Of a DNA stretch of 64,000 nucleotides, positions 1-9,737 are shown one piece after another (position 1 is the first letter of the stretch; the number at the start of each line of letters is the position of its first letter). Source of the DNA: Thermoanaerobaculia bacterium (GTDB taxonomy: Bacteria > Acidobacteriota > Thermoanaerobaculia > UBA5066); the NCBI GenBank assembly GCA_038245905.1, contig JBBRRY010000006.1, positions 64,425-128,424 on the forward strand. Reading direction: 5' to 3'. The notes under the pieces are model-generated. The model ran no database searches and was not told the DNA's origin. It saw nothing but the letters and a program-made list of their open reading frames with translations. The position numbers and the translations under genes are program-made.

Positions 1-16
1 CCGGGCGGGGCGGGTT

Positions 17-688
17 TCACGAGGACGCCCCCTCGGCGTTCCGGGCGATCTCGACGAGGCAGGCGGCCGTCGCGCGGCCCCTGATCGCCTCCCGGAACGC
101 CGGGTCGCGGAGGACGAACGCGATCTTCGCGAGCATCTGGAGGTGGACGCGCGTCGTCGGACTGACGAGGAAGAACAGCGCGAAGACGGCTTGTCCGTCC
201 GGCGCCGCAAAGTCGACGGGCTGCCGGAGGAAGAAGAGCGCGACGAACGGCTCGCCCGTGGAGAGGGCGATCGGGTCTCTCACGTGCGGAATCGCGATCC
301 CGGCGCCAACCGGCACGACCGCCCCGGCGTCGCGGGCGAGGAGAAGCTGAAGGAGCGTGTCGCGGTCCCCCTCGTCCTCGAGCTTCAGCAGCGCGACGAT
401 GGACCGGAGGACCTTGGCGCGGGTCTCGCCCGCGACGTCGTGAAAAACGCCGCCCCGTTCGAGACTCTCGGCCACGGACGGGATGCGCTCGTCCTCCTCG
501 GCCTCGTGGAACAGGGCCGGCGCGACCGGGATGTTCCGCCGGGTCGCCCACTCGAGGAGCTCGCTCCTGTTGATCCGGTACTGGTCGTTGATCCGGTACG
601 CGGGGAGGTCGCCCGACTCGATCCAGTCATACACCTTCGGCTCGGGCGCGTTCAGCAGAGACGCGGCCTCCCGGACCGTTACACGCAC
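17..688 (-). CDS. Excisionase-like HTH (HTH_17/BldC-type) fused to PTS EIIA(Ntr/Fru)-like domain
   Basis: N-term TVREAASLL..KVYDWIESGDLPAYRINDQYRI is an Xis-type HTH; C-term GIAIPH phospho-His motif, VDF.APDG and HLQMLAKIA are typical of EIIA_2. Confidence 0.88.
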   Translation of the reverse strand: MRVTVREAASLLNAPEPKVYDWIESGDLPAYRINDQYRINRSELLEWATRRNIPVAPALFHEAEEDERIPSVAESLERGGVFHDVAGETRAKVLRSIVALLKLEDEGDRDTLLQLLLARDAGAVVPVGAGIAIPHVRDPIALSTGEPFVALFFLRQPVDFAAPDGQAVFALFFLVSPTTRVHLQMLAKIAFVLRDPAFREAIRGRATAACLVEIARNAEGASS

Positions 689-698
689 AGGGTGTGCC

Positions 699-1415
699 TC
701 ACCGGGCTGCCGACGCCCGGAGGCGCTCCTCGGCGTCGCGGATCGCCGCGATCACCTCGTCGGCGCCCTTGCTGCGCACGATGCGGCCGATCAGGGCGGG
801 GTTTCCGAAGAGCTTCACGGCGCGAGAGATCGCGAGGAGGTAGCCCTGCACCGTCCGCGCGAGGATGACGACGATGACCCGGGGCCGGTGGCCGTGCGGG
901 TCGTGAAACGTCACGGGCTCTTTCGCCACCGCGAGCAGGATCTGCTTCCTCGCAAACCTGAAGTCCGCCGGCGAGTTCGGATGGGGAAACGCCGCGTCCT
1001 TGACGAGAGCGGTCGAACAGAGCTCCTCACGGGCCCGGATCGACTCGAAGAGCGCGTCCCGGTCGACCCCGGGATCCAGCGTCGCGTGCGCGATCATCCA
1101 GGCGAGCAACTCGTCCCGCGGCAGCTGCGGCGCGTCGCGCCAGACGTTCTTCGGCGAGAGGAGCGGGTGGATGTCGATCTCCGACGGCGCGAGATCTTCG
1201 AGGAGCGCTTTCTGCCCCTCGACCTCCACATTTCGGACCTGCTCGTCCAGCCAGGCGTCGACGTCCCTCTTCCGAAACCGCCACTGGGCGCCGACCCGGA
1301 CCGCGGGTAGGAGGCTCTTGTCGAGCATCCGGTAGATCGTCTTCTCCGAAACCATGAGGTACTCGGACAGCTGCCGGATCGTGAGGATGGCGCCCGGTTG
1401 CCCGGACGGACTCAC
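699..1415 (-). CDS. Second excisionase-like HTH fused to PTS EIIA-like domain
   Basis: GTG start at 1415 after strong RBS AGGAAAGGAGG; LTIRQLSEYLMVSEKTIYRM..LPAVRVGAQWRF HTH; REELCST..AAFPH EIIA motif. The longer ORF-track start overlaps the divergent gene. Confidence 0.85.
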   Translation of the reverse strand: MSPSGQPGAILTIRQLSEYLMVSEKTIYRMLDKSLLPAVRVGAQWRFRKRDVDAWLDEQVRNVEVEGQKALLEDLAPSEIDIHPLLSPKNVWRDAPQLPRDELLAWMIAHATLDPGVDRDALFESIRAREELCSTALVKDAAFPHPNSPADFRFARKQILLAVAKEPVTFHDPHGHRPRVIVVILARTVQGYLLAISRAVKLFGNPALIGRIVRSKGADEVIAAIRDAEERLRASAAR

Positions 1416-1430
1416 GGGCCTCCTTTCCTC

Positions 1431-1490
1431 ATCAATGGACAACACTGGACACGAAGATACATCAATCCCGGCCAATGGACAACCGGCACC
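1431..1490. promoter_or_regulatory. 10-bp-periodic direct repeat array (TGGACA core) in the divergent intergenic region; candidate binding site of the HTH-EIIA proteins
   Basis: ATCAATGGAC/AACACTGGAC/ACGAAGATAC/ATCAATCCCG/GCCAATGGAC/AACCGGCACC; TGGACA at 1436, 1446 and 1476; CAATGGACAAC at 1433 and 1473. Confidence 0.5.
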
Positions 1491-1553
1491 TTGAAACGCG
1501 ACCCGGACCCGAACTTCCGCCGCGCTCTTCCGTATAGAAAGGCGAGGTCTCGC

Positions 1554-2774
1554 ATGTCCAAGAAATTCAAATGGATCCTGTCCGTCGCGGGCATCGTCGC
1601 GCTCGCCGGCGGAGGCGTGGTTTTTGCCTCCCGGGGCAAGGAAAAGGGCAAGGGACCGGACCAGCCCCCGTTCCGCCTCGGCAAGGTCCAGTCCGAGGAC
1701 CTGCAGGTGAGCGTCCGCGAGGTCGGCGTCGTCGACCCTGAGACCAAGGTGGACGTGAAGTCCGTCGTTTCGGGCCGTGTCGTGTCCCTCAAGGTCCGAG
1801 ACGGAGCCGTCGTGAAAGCGGGAGACGTCCTGGCCGAGGTGGAGCCTGACGTCACGCAGGCCCAGTCCCTCTCCGACGTTAGGGCCGGCGTCACACAAGC
1901 CGAAGTCGCCCTGAAGGACGCCGAGCGCCAGCTCGCATCCCAGGGGCGCCTCTTCAAGGAAGGTCTCATCGGGAGCGAGATTCTCAAGGACTTCGTCACG
2001 AAGCGAGACCTCGCGGCCGAGAACGTCAAAGCCGCCCGGCAGCGCTACCAGATCGTCGAGGGGCATGGCATCCCGATCTCGGGCGACGCCGTGACGCAGC
2101 GCGCGCGCGTCACCGCCCCGATGTCGGGCGTCGTCATCACGAAGGGCGTCGAGCTGGGCGAGACGGTCACATCCGGCGTGTCGTCGTTCAACGCGGGGAC
2201 GATTCTCTTCACCGTCGCGGACCTCAAGACGCTCTTGATCAAGGTGAACCTCAACGAGGTCGACATCGCGAAGGTCAAGGTCGGCCAGAGTGTGCGCATC
2301 ACGCTGGACGCCTACCCGCAGAAGAATTTCTCCGGGAAGGTCCGCTTCGTCGCCCCGGCCGCGAAGCTCCTCGACAAGATCAAGGTCTTCCCCGTCGAGA
2401 TCGCGCTCGACGAGCTCGGCGACTCGTACCGCACGGGCATGAGCGCGAACGTCGAGATTCTCGGCGAGAAGAAGGAGAAGGCCGTCTCGATCCCGCTCGA
2501 GGCGCTTCAGCGCCGCGATGGGAAGACCGTCGTCTATCGCCTGAAGGACAACCTCACCCCGAAGCTGATCGCGTCCGCGAAGGACGGCCTCGGCGGCCGC
2601 GGCAAGTACATCTGGCTCTCAGACCACTGGAAGGACTACTACGACGCCGTCCCGGTCGATGCCGGCATCGCGACCCTCGAGCGCGTCGAGATCCGCTCCG
2701 GACTCAAGGGCACCGAGCAGGTCGCCCTCGAGGACCCGACGAAGAAGAAGGTCGAGAAGGACGATGACAACTGA
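1554..2774 (+). CDS. MacA-like periplasmic adaptor (membrane fusion protein)
   Basis: N-terminal TM anchor, VKSVVSGRVV..V.DG..VKAGDVL lipoyl half, coiled coil, APMSGVV, EVDIAKVKVGQ, GMSANVEI. Confidence 0.9.
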   Translation: MSKKFKWILSVAGIVALAGGGVVFASRGKEKGKGPDQPPFRLGKVQSEDLQVSVREVGVVDPETKVDVKSVVSGRVVSLKVRDGAVVKAGDVLAEVEPDVTQAQSLSDVRAGVTQAEVALKDAERQLASQGRLFKEGLIGSEILKDFVTKRDLAAENVKAARQRYQIVEGHGIPISGDAVTQRARVTAPMSGVVITKGVELGETVTSGVSSFNAGTILFTVADLKTLLIKVNLNEVDIAKVKVGQSVRITLDAYPQKNFSGKVRFVAPAAKLLDKIKVFPVEIALDELGDSYRTGMSANVEILGEKKEKAVSIPLEALQRRDGKTVVYRLKDNLTPKLIASAKDGLGGRGKYIWLSDHWKDYYDAVPVDAGIATLERVEIRSGLKGTEQVALEDPTKKKVEKDDDN

Positions 2775-3462
2775 CCGGGCGATCATCGAGACGGCCGGCC
2801 TCACGAAGGTCTTCGGCGCGAACGGGAACGCCGTCCACGCGCTCCGGGGCATCGACCTGACGGTCGCGCGCGGCGAGTTCGTCGCTCTTGTCGGCCCCTC
2901 GGGCTCGGGCAAGTCGACGCTCATGGCGATCATCGGCTGCCTCGACTCGCCGACGGCGGGGACGTACGCGATCGACGGCGTGCCCGTGCAGGGCCTCTCG
3001 GGCGCGGCTCTCGCGCGCATCCGGAACGAGAAGATCGGCTTCGTCTTCCAGAGCTACAACCTCCTGCCCAAGGCCTCGGTCCTGCGCAACGTCGAGCTGC
3101 CGCTCCTCTACGCGGGCATCTCGCGCAAGGAGCGCCGACGCCGCGCGCTCGAACTCCTCGAAAAGGTCGGAATTCCGGAGAAGGCGAACGTGCTTCCGGC
3201 GCAGCTCTCGGGCGGCCAGCGCCAGCGCACGGCGATCGCGCGCGCTCTTGCGAACACGCCCGCGCTCCTCCTCGCGGACGAGCCAACGGGCGCCCTCGAC
3301 TCGAAAACGGGCGAGGAGGTCCTCGCCCTGTTCCAGGAGCTGAACCGGCAGGGCAACACGGTCGTCCTCGTCACACACGACCCGCACATCGCCTCGCTCG
3401 CTCAGCGAAAGGTCGAGCTGCGCGACGGCCTCGTGGTCGACCCCGAGCAGAAGGCGGCCTGA
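2764..3462 (+). CDS. ABC transporter ATP-binding protein (MacB/LolD type)
   Basis: Walker [42 protein letters not shown]. Confidence 0.95.
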   Translation: MTTDRAIIETAGLTKVFGANGNAVHALRGIDLTVARGEFVALVGPSGSGKSTLMAIIGCLDSPTAGTYAIDGVPVQGLSGAALARIRNEKIGFVFQSYNLLPKASVLRNVELPLLYAGISRKERRRRALELLEKVGIPEKANVLPAQLSGGQRQRTAIARALANTPALLLADEPTGALDSKTGEEVLALFQELNRQGNTVVLVTHDPHIASLAQRKVELRDGLVVDPEQKAA

Positions 3463-4709
3463 TGTTCTCCGGCGCCTTCCGGGAGCGCCTCTTCGGGGCC
3501 TGGGTCGAGATCCGCGAGAACCTCGGGCGTTCGACGCTCCAGACGCTCGGGGTCATCCTCGGCGTCGCATCCGTCCTCGGCGGGTTCTCGATCTCGGACA
3601 GCCAGAGGAAACGCAGCGACGAGCGCTGGGTGAAGCTCGGCGGGATGGACCGGCTGAACGTCCAGCCCTCCGGGGCGATCAAGGACAACCAGCCGACCGC
3701 TCTCCAGAACGCGAACCTCGGCCTTCGCCACGAGGACGCCGAGGAGGGCAACGCCCTCGATACCCAGGTCACGTCCGGCGTCTCGCAGCAGAAGAACGCG
3801 CGCGCCCGGGTGCGCTCGGCGTACGCCGACCAGGACCGCCAGATCACCGGCATCGCCGGCGACTACATGGCCCTCAACGGTTACGCGATCGAAAGGGGCC
3901 GCACTCTTACGGCCGAGGACTTCGAGAACGGGAGGCCCGTTGCGATCCTCGGGGCGGAGGCTGCCTCCACGTTCTTCCCGACGGGCGAGATCGTCGGCCA
4001 GACGATCCGCCTCGGCGACATCCCGGTCACGGTCGTCGGGACGTTCTCGGAGAAGGTCTTCCGCTTCCGCGAGAACCAGAAGAACCAGTTCTGGTGGCGC
4101 AACCGCGTCATCGCGGTCCCGTCCACGCTCGTCGCGAGGCGGATGAACGGTGACAAGTGGCAGCGCGTGGATCGCGTCGTGTTCCGGATCCGCGATCTGA
4201 ACGTCATGGAGAAGTTCGGCGACGGCCTCTCGAGCCTCCTCCTCGGCAACCACCGCCAGCAGGAGGACTTCCGGATCGACGACATCGCGGCGCGCATCCG
4301 CAAGCGGCGGAGCCAGGGCGACGTCTACAACGTCATCTTCATGCTCTCGGGGATCCTGTCGCTCATCGGCGGCGGCATGGTCAACGTGAACATCCAGATG
4401 GCGACCCTCAAGGAGCGCGTGCGCGAGGTCGGCGTGAAAATGGCGATCGGCGCCTCGGGCCGCGAGATCTTCAAGGGCTTCATGATCGAGGCGCTCCTCC
4501 TGACGGGCTTCGGCGCGGCCGCCGGACTGGTTGGCGGGGTCCTGTTCTCGAAGACGATCACGTCGTTCCTGCAGATCCCGCTCTTCATGCAGCCCGCAAG
4601 CTTCCTGTGGGCCTTCGCGCTCGCCGCCGGATTCGGTTTCCTCTTCGCGCTCTATCCCGCGTGGAAGGCGAGCCGCCTCTCACCGATGGAAGCGCTTCGA
4701 TATGAGTAG
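3462..4709 (+). CDS. ABC transporter permease (MacB/FtsX type)
   Basis: RSTLQTLGVILGV, periplasmic core, ER.REVGVKMAIGA, C-terminal YPAWKASRLSPMEALRYE. Confidence 0.92.
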   Translation: MFSGAFRERLFGAWVEIRENLGRSTLQTLGVILGVASVLGGFSISDSQRKRSDERWVKLGGMDRLNVQPSGAIKDNQPTALQNANLGLRHEDAEEGNALDTQVTSGVSQQKNARARVRSAYADQDRQITGIAGDYMALNGYAIERGRTLTAEDFENGRPVAILGAEAASTFFPTGEIVGQTIRLGDIPVTVVGTFSEKVFRFRENQKNQFWWRNRVIAVPSTLVARRMNGDKWQRVDRVVFRIRDLNVMEKFGDGLSSLLLGNHRQQEDFRIDDIAARIRKRRSQGDVYNVIFMLSGILSLIGGGMVNVNIQMATLKERVREVGVKMAIGASGREIFKGFMIEALLLTGFGAAAGLVGGVLFSKTITSFLQIPLFMQPASFLWAFALAAGFGFLFALYPAWKASRLSPMEALRYE

Positions 4710-5994
4710 CCTCGTCCTCGACGCTCCGACGCCGCCGCTCCTCGCGGAGCGCCGCCTGTCGCTCGGAGCCCGCGCCGGCCTCGTGTGGGAGGTCGTCGCG
4801 GGCGGGTTCGTCGAGCTCTGGGCGCACAAGCTGCGCTCGCTCCTGACGCTCACGCTCCTCATGCTCGGCGTCTTCGCCCTCGTCGTCATGACCTCCGTCC
4901 TCGACGGCGTCATGGACAAAGTCTCGATCGGGTTCTCCGGGATGAGCTGGGACGGGACGGTCGTCATCCAGCCCAAGACGGCCGAGACGACCGAGGAGCA
5001 GAAGCGCTTCGCGATGAGCCCCGGCCTCCGGTACGAGGACCTCGCACGTGTCGCGGCGCCACACCCGGCCGTCGTCGCGTTCCTCCCGCGCGCGACGAAG
5101 CAGACGCGCGTGAGGACCGCCGGCGGCCCGGAACGGATCTGGGTCACCGGTCTCACGCCCGACTACGCGCTTCTCATGAACCGCCCGATCGCGTCCGGGC
5201 GCGGCCTCACCGAGGACGACCGCAAGCGCCGCAGCATGGTCGCCGTCGTCGGCTCGACACTCGGCGTCAAGCTCTTCGCCGGCGCCGACCCGGTCGGACG
5301 CGATGTCCTCGTGGACGGCCTCGCGTTCCGGATCGTCGGCCTGCAGGCGCCGGTCCAGATCTTCAATGAGGAGATGTGGCTCGACTCGAACGGGCTCATG
5401 ATCCCCCTCGAGACGTACGTGGATCGCCTGGACGCGAGCCACAAGCTGACGACTGTGGCCGTCAAGCTGCGCAAACGGTCCGACCTCGACGAGGTATCGG
5501 CGCTCGTCCTCGGGCGGACGAAGCAGGCCCATCACGGGATCGAGGACGTCGAGATCAAGGACCTAGAGTCGGAGGCCGCGCGCTCCTATGCCGGGTTCCT
5601 CGAGCAGATGCGCGGGTGGCGTGTCGTCCTCTCGAGCCTCGCCGGGACGGTCCTCCTCGTGGGCGGCGTCGGCGTCCTTTCCGTGATGCTGATCTCGTTC
5701 TCGGACCGAAGGTACGAGATCGGCCTCCGCAAATCGCTCGGCGCCACCGACGGAGAGATCTTCGTCCAGTTCCTCCTCGAGGCCTGCATCCTCGCGGCGC
5801 TCGGCGCGTTCGCGGGAACCCTCGGTGGCGCGGTACTCTGCAAGGCGCTCTCGTCGAAGTTCCCCTACGGCCTCGTCGTGAACCCGATGGGCCTCCTCGT
5901 CGCGTGGGCCGTCGCCCTCGGCCTCGCGCTCGTCTTCGGCCTCTACCCCGCGATCCGCGCCTCGCGCCTCTCGCCGATGGAAGCGATGCGGTAG
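4702..5994 (+). CDS. Second ABC transporter permease (MacB/FtsX type)
   Basis: HKLRSLLTL, DRRYEIGLRKSLGA, YPAIRASRLSPMEAMR; ATG at 4702 overlaps the end of the previous gene. Confidence 0.92.
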   Translation: MSSLVLDAPTPPLLAERRLSLGARAGLVWEVVAGGFVELWAHKLRSLLTLTLLMLGVFALVVMTSVLDGVMDKVSIGFSGMSWDGTVVIQPKTAETTEEQKRFAMSPGLRYEDLARVAAPHPAVVAFLPRATKQTRVRTAGGPERIWVTGLTPDYALLMNRPIASGRGLTEDDRKRRSMVAVVGSTLGVKLFAGADPVGRDVLVDGLAFRIVGLQAPVQIFNEEMWLDSNGLMIPLETYVDRLDASHKLTTVAVKLRKRSDLDEVSALVLGRTKQAHHGIEDVEIKDLESEAARSYAGFLEQMRGWRVVLSSLAGTVLLVGGVGVLSVMLISFSDRRYEIGLRKSLGATDGEIFVQFLLEACILAALGAFAGTLGGAVLCKALSSKFPYGLVVNPMGLLVAWAVALGLALVFGLYPAIRASRLSPMEAMR

Positions 5995-6032
5995 AACCTG
6001 GGTTCCGCGGCCACCGCCGCTAAGATGCGCGC

Positions 6033-6998
6033 GTGAAGCGCGCACGAAACGTCCATCCCGCGAACCCGCGCTCCCTCCGCGCCGCCGCCGCGCGCCTCAG
6101 GCGCGGCGAGCTCGTCGCGTTCCCGACGGAGACCGTCTACGGCCTTGGCGCGAACGCGCTGGACGAGAAGGCCGTTGCGAAGATCTTCGCCAAGAAGGGA
6201 CGCCCGCACGACAACCCCGTGATCGTTCATGTGAGCGATTTGAAGATGCTCAGAAAGGTGGTTCGGGACGTGCCGGCCCTCGCGAAGAAGCTCATCGCGC
6301 GCTTCTGGCCCGGCCCGCTGACCCTCTTACTTTCAAAGAGGTCTTCTCTTCCCTCTTCCGTCACCGCGGGTCTCGACACCGTCGCCGTCCGCATGCCGCA
6401 GGGCCTCGCGCGCGACCTCGTGCGCCTCGCGGGCGTGCCGATCGCGGCGCCGAGCGCGAACGTCTCCGGGCGCCCGAGCCCTACCACAGCCGCGCACGTC
6501 GGCGAGGACTTTCCGGACGTCTACGTCCTCGACGGCGGCCCCACGGCGCACGGCCTCGAGTCGACGGTCCTGGCGCTGGAGCCTCGACCGGCCGTCCTCA
6601 GGCAGGGAGCGATCTCCGAGGAAGAGCTTCGAAAAGTGATCCCCAACCTGCGGAGGGGCGCACCCAGGCACTCTCCCGCCGTCTCACCCGGCACGAAGTA
6701 CACCCACTACGCTCCGAGCCGACCTCTCATCCTCTTTCTAAGAAGATCTTCTCTCCTGTCCTATTTCCGATCGCACCCTGCCGCCTTCGTCCTCTGCCCG
6801 ACGCGCCTCTCTCCCCTCTTTCCGAAGCAAAGAGCTCTTCCTCTCGGCGACACCCCTGAGGAGATCGCCCACAATCTCTTCGCGGCCCTCCGAACGCGGC
6901 GCAGGGGGACGGAGCTTCTCGCCCTCGCGATCCCGCGGCGCGGCATCGGACGGGCCGTCATGGACCGCCTGACGCGCGCCGCGACGCGGATCGTCTGA
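6033..6998 (+). CDS. sua5: L-threonylcarbamoyladenylate synthase (Sua5/TsaC2)
   Basis: VAFPTETVYGLGA, KGRP.DNP.IVH, FWPGPLT, AAPSAN.SG, STV, SPG.KY.HYAP and a Sua5 C-terminal domain. Confidence 0.95.
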   Translation: MKRARNVHPANPRSLRAAAARLRRGELVAFPTETVYGLGANALDEKAVAKIFAKKGRPHDNPVIVHVSDLKMLRKVVRDVPALAKKLIARFWPGPLTLLLSKRSSLPSSVTAGLDTVAVRMPQGLARDLVRLAGVPIAAPSANVSGRPSPTTAAHVGEDFPDVYVLDGGPTAHGLESTVLALEPRPAVLRQGAISEEELRKVIPNLRRGAPRHSPAVSPGTKYTHYAPSRPLILFLRRSSLLSYFRSHPAAFVLCPTRLSPLFPKQRALPLGDTPEEIAHNLFAALRTRRRGTELLALAIPRRGIGRAVMDRLTRAATRIV

Positions 6999-7055
6999 AA
7001 CGCCGTCTATAACGTTCGGGGTCCGGGACCGTCTCTCCCGCAAGAGGAGAACCTC

Positions 7056-8126
7056 ATGCGAATCCCGAAACGTCTCCCGCTCACCCTCGCCGCCTTCGCA
7101 GTGGGCGCGGCCCTCGCCGCACCCGCAGCGGCGCAGGCCCCGAGGCCAAGGGTTCCCGTCAAGTTCACGGCACTCTCGAAGGACCAGCTCCTGAAGCTGG
7201 CCGACGACGAGCCAATCGAGATCAACGGGAGGGTCACGACGAAGTCGGCCCTGCTCGCGCCCCTCAAGAACGCCCGGGCCGAGACCGACGTCGAGCTGAG
7301 GGTCAAGCTCGCACAGGCGGCCTCCAGACTCGAGGGCCTCAAGGCCCGGTCCGCCACGCTGCAGCATCAGCAGGTCGACCGGTCCAAGTCCCTCATCACG
7401 AGTGAGCTCGCGAAGCTTCGCGCGATTCCCACCCTGACGCCGAAGGCGACCCCGACGCCCTGCGCGGGGCCCGTCGTCGCGGGTGTCATCGGCCTCGTGA
7501 CGCCGAACAGCGATGTCCTCGTCCTCGGCCACTGCTTCGGGACGCAGCAGGGCTCGGCGTCCCTCCAGGGGAGCTTCGGGAGCGTCAACCTCATCGTCAT
7601 CGAGTGGCATGACGGGGGCATCGGCCTTCATGTCCCGTCGACGCTGTCAGGCGCGACCGACCAGCTCGGATTCGAAGGGGCACAGATCGTCGTCGCGACC
7701 GCGAACGGCCAGAGCCCGCCCGTTCCCCCGCGCATCGACTTCCATGCCGCGCGCGAGCACCGGGTGCTCGAGGCGCGAGAGGTGCAGACCTCGTGCTCGC
7801 CCAGGGCGGACATCAACAACTGCGACCCGACAGCGGGCCGCACGCTCGACGCCGCGCACAGCAACACGATCGACATCACGTCCGACACCGGGCACGACAG
7901 GTTGACCGGCGAACTGAAGAACGGATGGGTCGTCGTCGACCAGCTGGTCAGCTCGGTCTCGAAGGGAAACCCCATTTCTCCGTGCGTCGTGAATGGAGAG
8001 CAGATTCCCGCTTCGCACACGGGACACATCGACTTGCATTACTCCTTCGACGTATCTCCCTTCCAGTATTGCCGGACGATCGTCCTCCTCTACGCCGAAG
8101 GCCCCGTTGGCACGAGCCCGCACTGA
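7056..8126 (+). CDS. Secreted hypothetical protein (signal peptide, coiled coil, PT linker, IPT/TIG-like beta domain)
   Basis: RBS GAGGAG; Sec signal ending AAA-Q; G.CFG..QG and ..W.D.GI pattern resembles IPT/TIG; paired cysteines. Confidence 0.7.
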   Translation: MRIPKRLPLTLAAFAVGAALAAPAAAQAPRPRVPVKFTALSKDQLLKLADDEPIEINGRVTTKSALLAPLKNARAETDVELRVKLAQAASRLEGLKARSATLQHQQVDRSKSLITSELAKLRAIPTLTPKATPTPCAGPVVAGVIGLVTPNSDVLVLGHCFGTQQGSASLQGSFGSVNLIVIEWHDGGIGLHVPSTLSGATDQLGFEGAQIVVATANGQSPPVPPRIDFHAAREHRVLEAREVQTSCSPRADINNCDPTAGRTLDAAHSNTIDITSDTGHDRLTGELKNGWVVVDQLVSSVSKGNPISPCVVNGEQIPASHTGHIDLHYSFDVSPFQYCRTIVLLYAEGPVGTSPH

Positions 8127-8174
8127 TGCGCCGATGCGTTCCACCCGCCGCGTGCGGGAGGAAAGCTCCGGCCG

Positions 8175-9737
8175 TCAGCCCGCGAGCGCCACGAACGCGC
8201 TCGGGAAGCGCGCGAGAAGCGCCGTCGCGTGGACGACCTCGCGCAGGTCCACGCACTCCCCGATCTTGTGCGTGTTCTGCTCGATGCCGGGCCCGATTCC
8301 GATCATCGCCGGGTGCTTCACCGCGCCCGAGGTGACCCACCGTTTCCGTGCGGGGACCGCGATCGACACGTCGTCCACGGGCACGGGGAAGCCGACGCCA
8401 TCCGTCGAGAAGATCCACCGGTCGACGCGCGGCTCCTTGCGGAGCGCCCCGCGCGTGCCTCCCGCAGCGACGTGCGGCGAGACGACGCCCCGGTACGCGA
8501 GGACGGCGGCCTGGACGGCGGGGTGCTCCTCGGGCGTGACCCATCCCATGTAGACCTGCGGGTTGTGGAGGATGAAGCCGGTCCACGTGGGCTCGTCGTA
8601 CGTCGGCACGGTGACGTCGACGGTGAGCCCCGCGGCCCGCGCGGCGGCCACGGCCGAAAGCCCCTCGACGTCCGCCACGGCCTTCGCGGGCGTCTCGCCG
8701 ATCGTGAGGCGCCGGTCGAAACGGAAGACGAAGCGCTCGGGGACCGCGCAGTCGCTCGGCGTGTCGAGACGCGCCCACGAGGCCGTGCGAGTCCCGTGCC
8801 CGAGGAACGGGTGGTCGAGGAAGCCGTCGCGTGCGTCGTAGCGCTGCGCGGCCTCCGCGAGGATCGGCGCGGCCCACTCCAGCGGGTTCTTTCCTTCCCA
8901 CGGCATCGAGCCGTGGCAGGACTTGCCGGTCACGCTCACCTCGATCTGCATGCGGCCGCGCTGGCCGCGGTAGATCCCGAGGGCGCCTTTCGCCGAGTCG
9001 CCTGTCCCCTCCGTGAGGATGACGGCGTCCGGCACGAGCTCCGGGGGGGCGCCGGGAAGCACTTTCTTCACAAGAAACTGCGGCCCGCCGCCGTCGTTGT
9101 CCTCCTCGGCGACGGTCGCGTACGAGCGGACGATCGCGCCCTTCAGCGCGCCGAGCGGGGCGAGCTCGAGGAGGATCTTCGTCGCGATCACCTGCGTCAC
9201 GACGCCCGAGAGCTGGTCGGCTCCGCCCCGGCCGAAGACGAGGTGCTCCCACTCGCCGTCCGGCGGGAGGTGGCCGATCTCGCGCTTCAGGAAATCGCGA
9301 TTGACCTTCACAGGATCGAAAATCCCGTCGTACGCATCGACGCCGCCCGTCTTCTCCCTCCACGCGGGACGAAGCGCGTTCACCGTGTCCGTATGGCCGT
9401 CGAAGTAGATGACGCGCTTGTCCTTCGCGGGGATGCCGTCGTCCGGGTCCTCGACCGTCCAGACGAGGTTGCCGTAGCCGTCGAAGCCGACGTCCTCGGG
9501 GCGGCGGACGGCACCGATCTCGACGATCGCCTTCTTCAGGACGTCGAGGCGCGGCTTCTCGTGGTTCGAGAGGCCGCAGCTCGGATCGCCGCCGGCGTCC
9601 TTCGGGCGGTCCACGTGGTCGGCCGGGATGCGGATGACGTCCCGGAGGATCCGCGCCGCAATCGGCCGGTACTTCTCCGCCAGTTTGGCGACTTTCGCGT
9701 CAAGATCGTTCATCGTCTTCCCTTCTCCTGCGCTCAC
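8175..9737 (-). CDS. ygeY: YgeY-like M20 metallohydrolase
   Basis: FDGHTDTV, GRGGADQLSG, TVAEEDNDG, ILTEG, IYRGQRGRM, CHGSMP, FSTDGV, GIGPG; GTGA overlap with ygeW stop (alternative ATG at 9713). Confidence 0.82.
   Translation of the reverse strand: MSAGEGKTMNDLDAKVAKLAEKYRPIAARILRDVIRIPADHVDRPKDAGGDPSCGLSNHEKPRLDVLKKAIVEIGAVRRPEDVGFDGYGNLVWTVEDPDDGIPAKDKRVIYFDGHTDTVNALRPAWREKTGGVDAYDGIFDPVKVNRDFLKREIGHLPPDGEWEHLVFGRGGADQLSGVVTQVIATKILLELAPLGALKGAIVRSYATVAEEDNDGGGPQFLVKKVLPGAPPELVPDAVILTEGTGDSAKGALGIYRGQRGRMQIEVSVTGKSCHGSMPWEGKNPLEWAAPILAEAAQRYDARDGFLDHPFLGHGTRTASWARLDTPSDCAVPERFVFRFDRRLTIGETPAKAVADVEGLSAVAAARAAGLTVDVTVPTYDEPTWTGFILHNPQVYMGWVTPEEHPAVQAAVLAYRGVVSPHVAAGGTRGALRKEPRVDRWIFSTDGVGFPVPVDDVSIAVPARKRWVTSGAVKHPAMIGIGPGIEQNTHKIGECVDLREVVHATALLARFPSAFVALAG

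Noticed and set aside
699-2066. 455-aa ORF-track version of the HTH-EIIA gene
   Set aside because: The extension is the antisense of the MacA-like gene; a strong RBS supports GTG at 1415.
6220-6900. Patches of AT/pyrimidine-rich codons in sua5 as a frameshift or insertion
   Set aside because: The frame stays open and the Sua5 motifs continue to the C-terminus; at most this is a hint of foreign origin.
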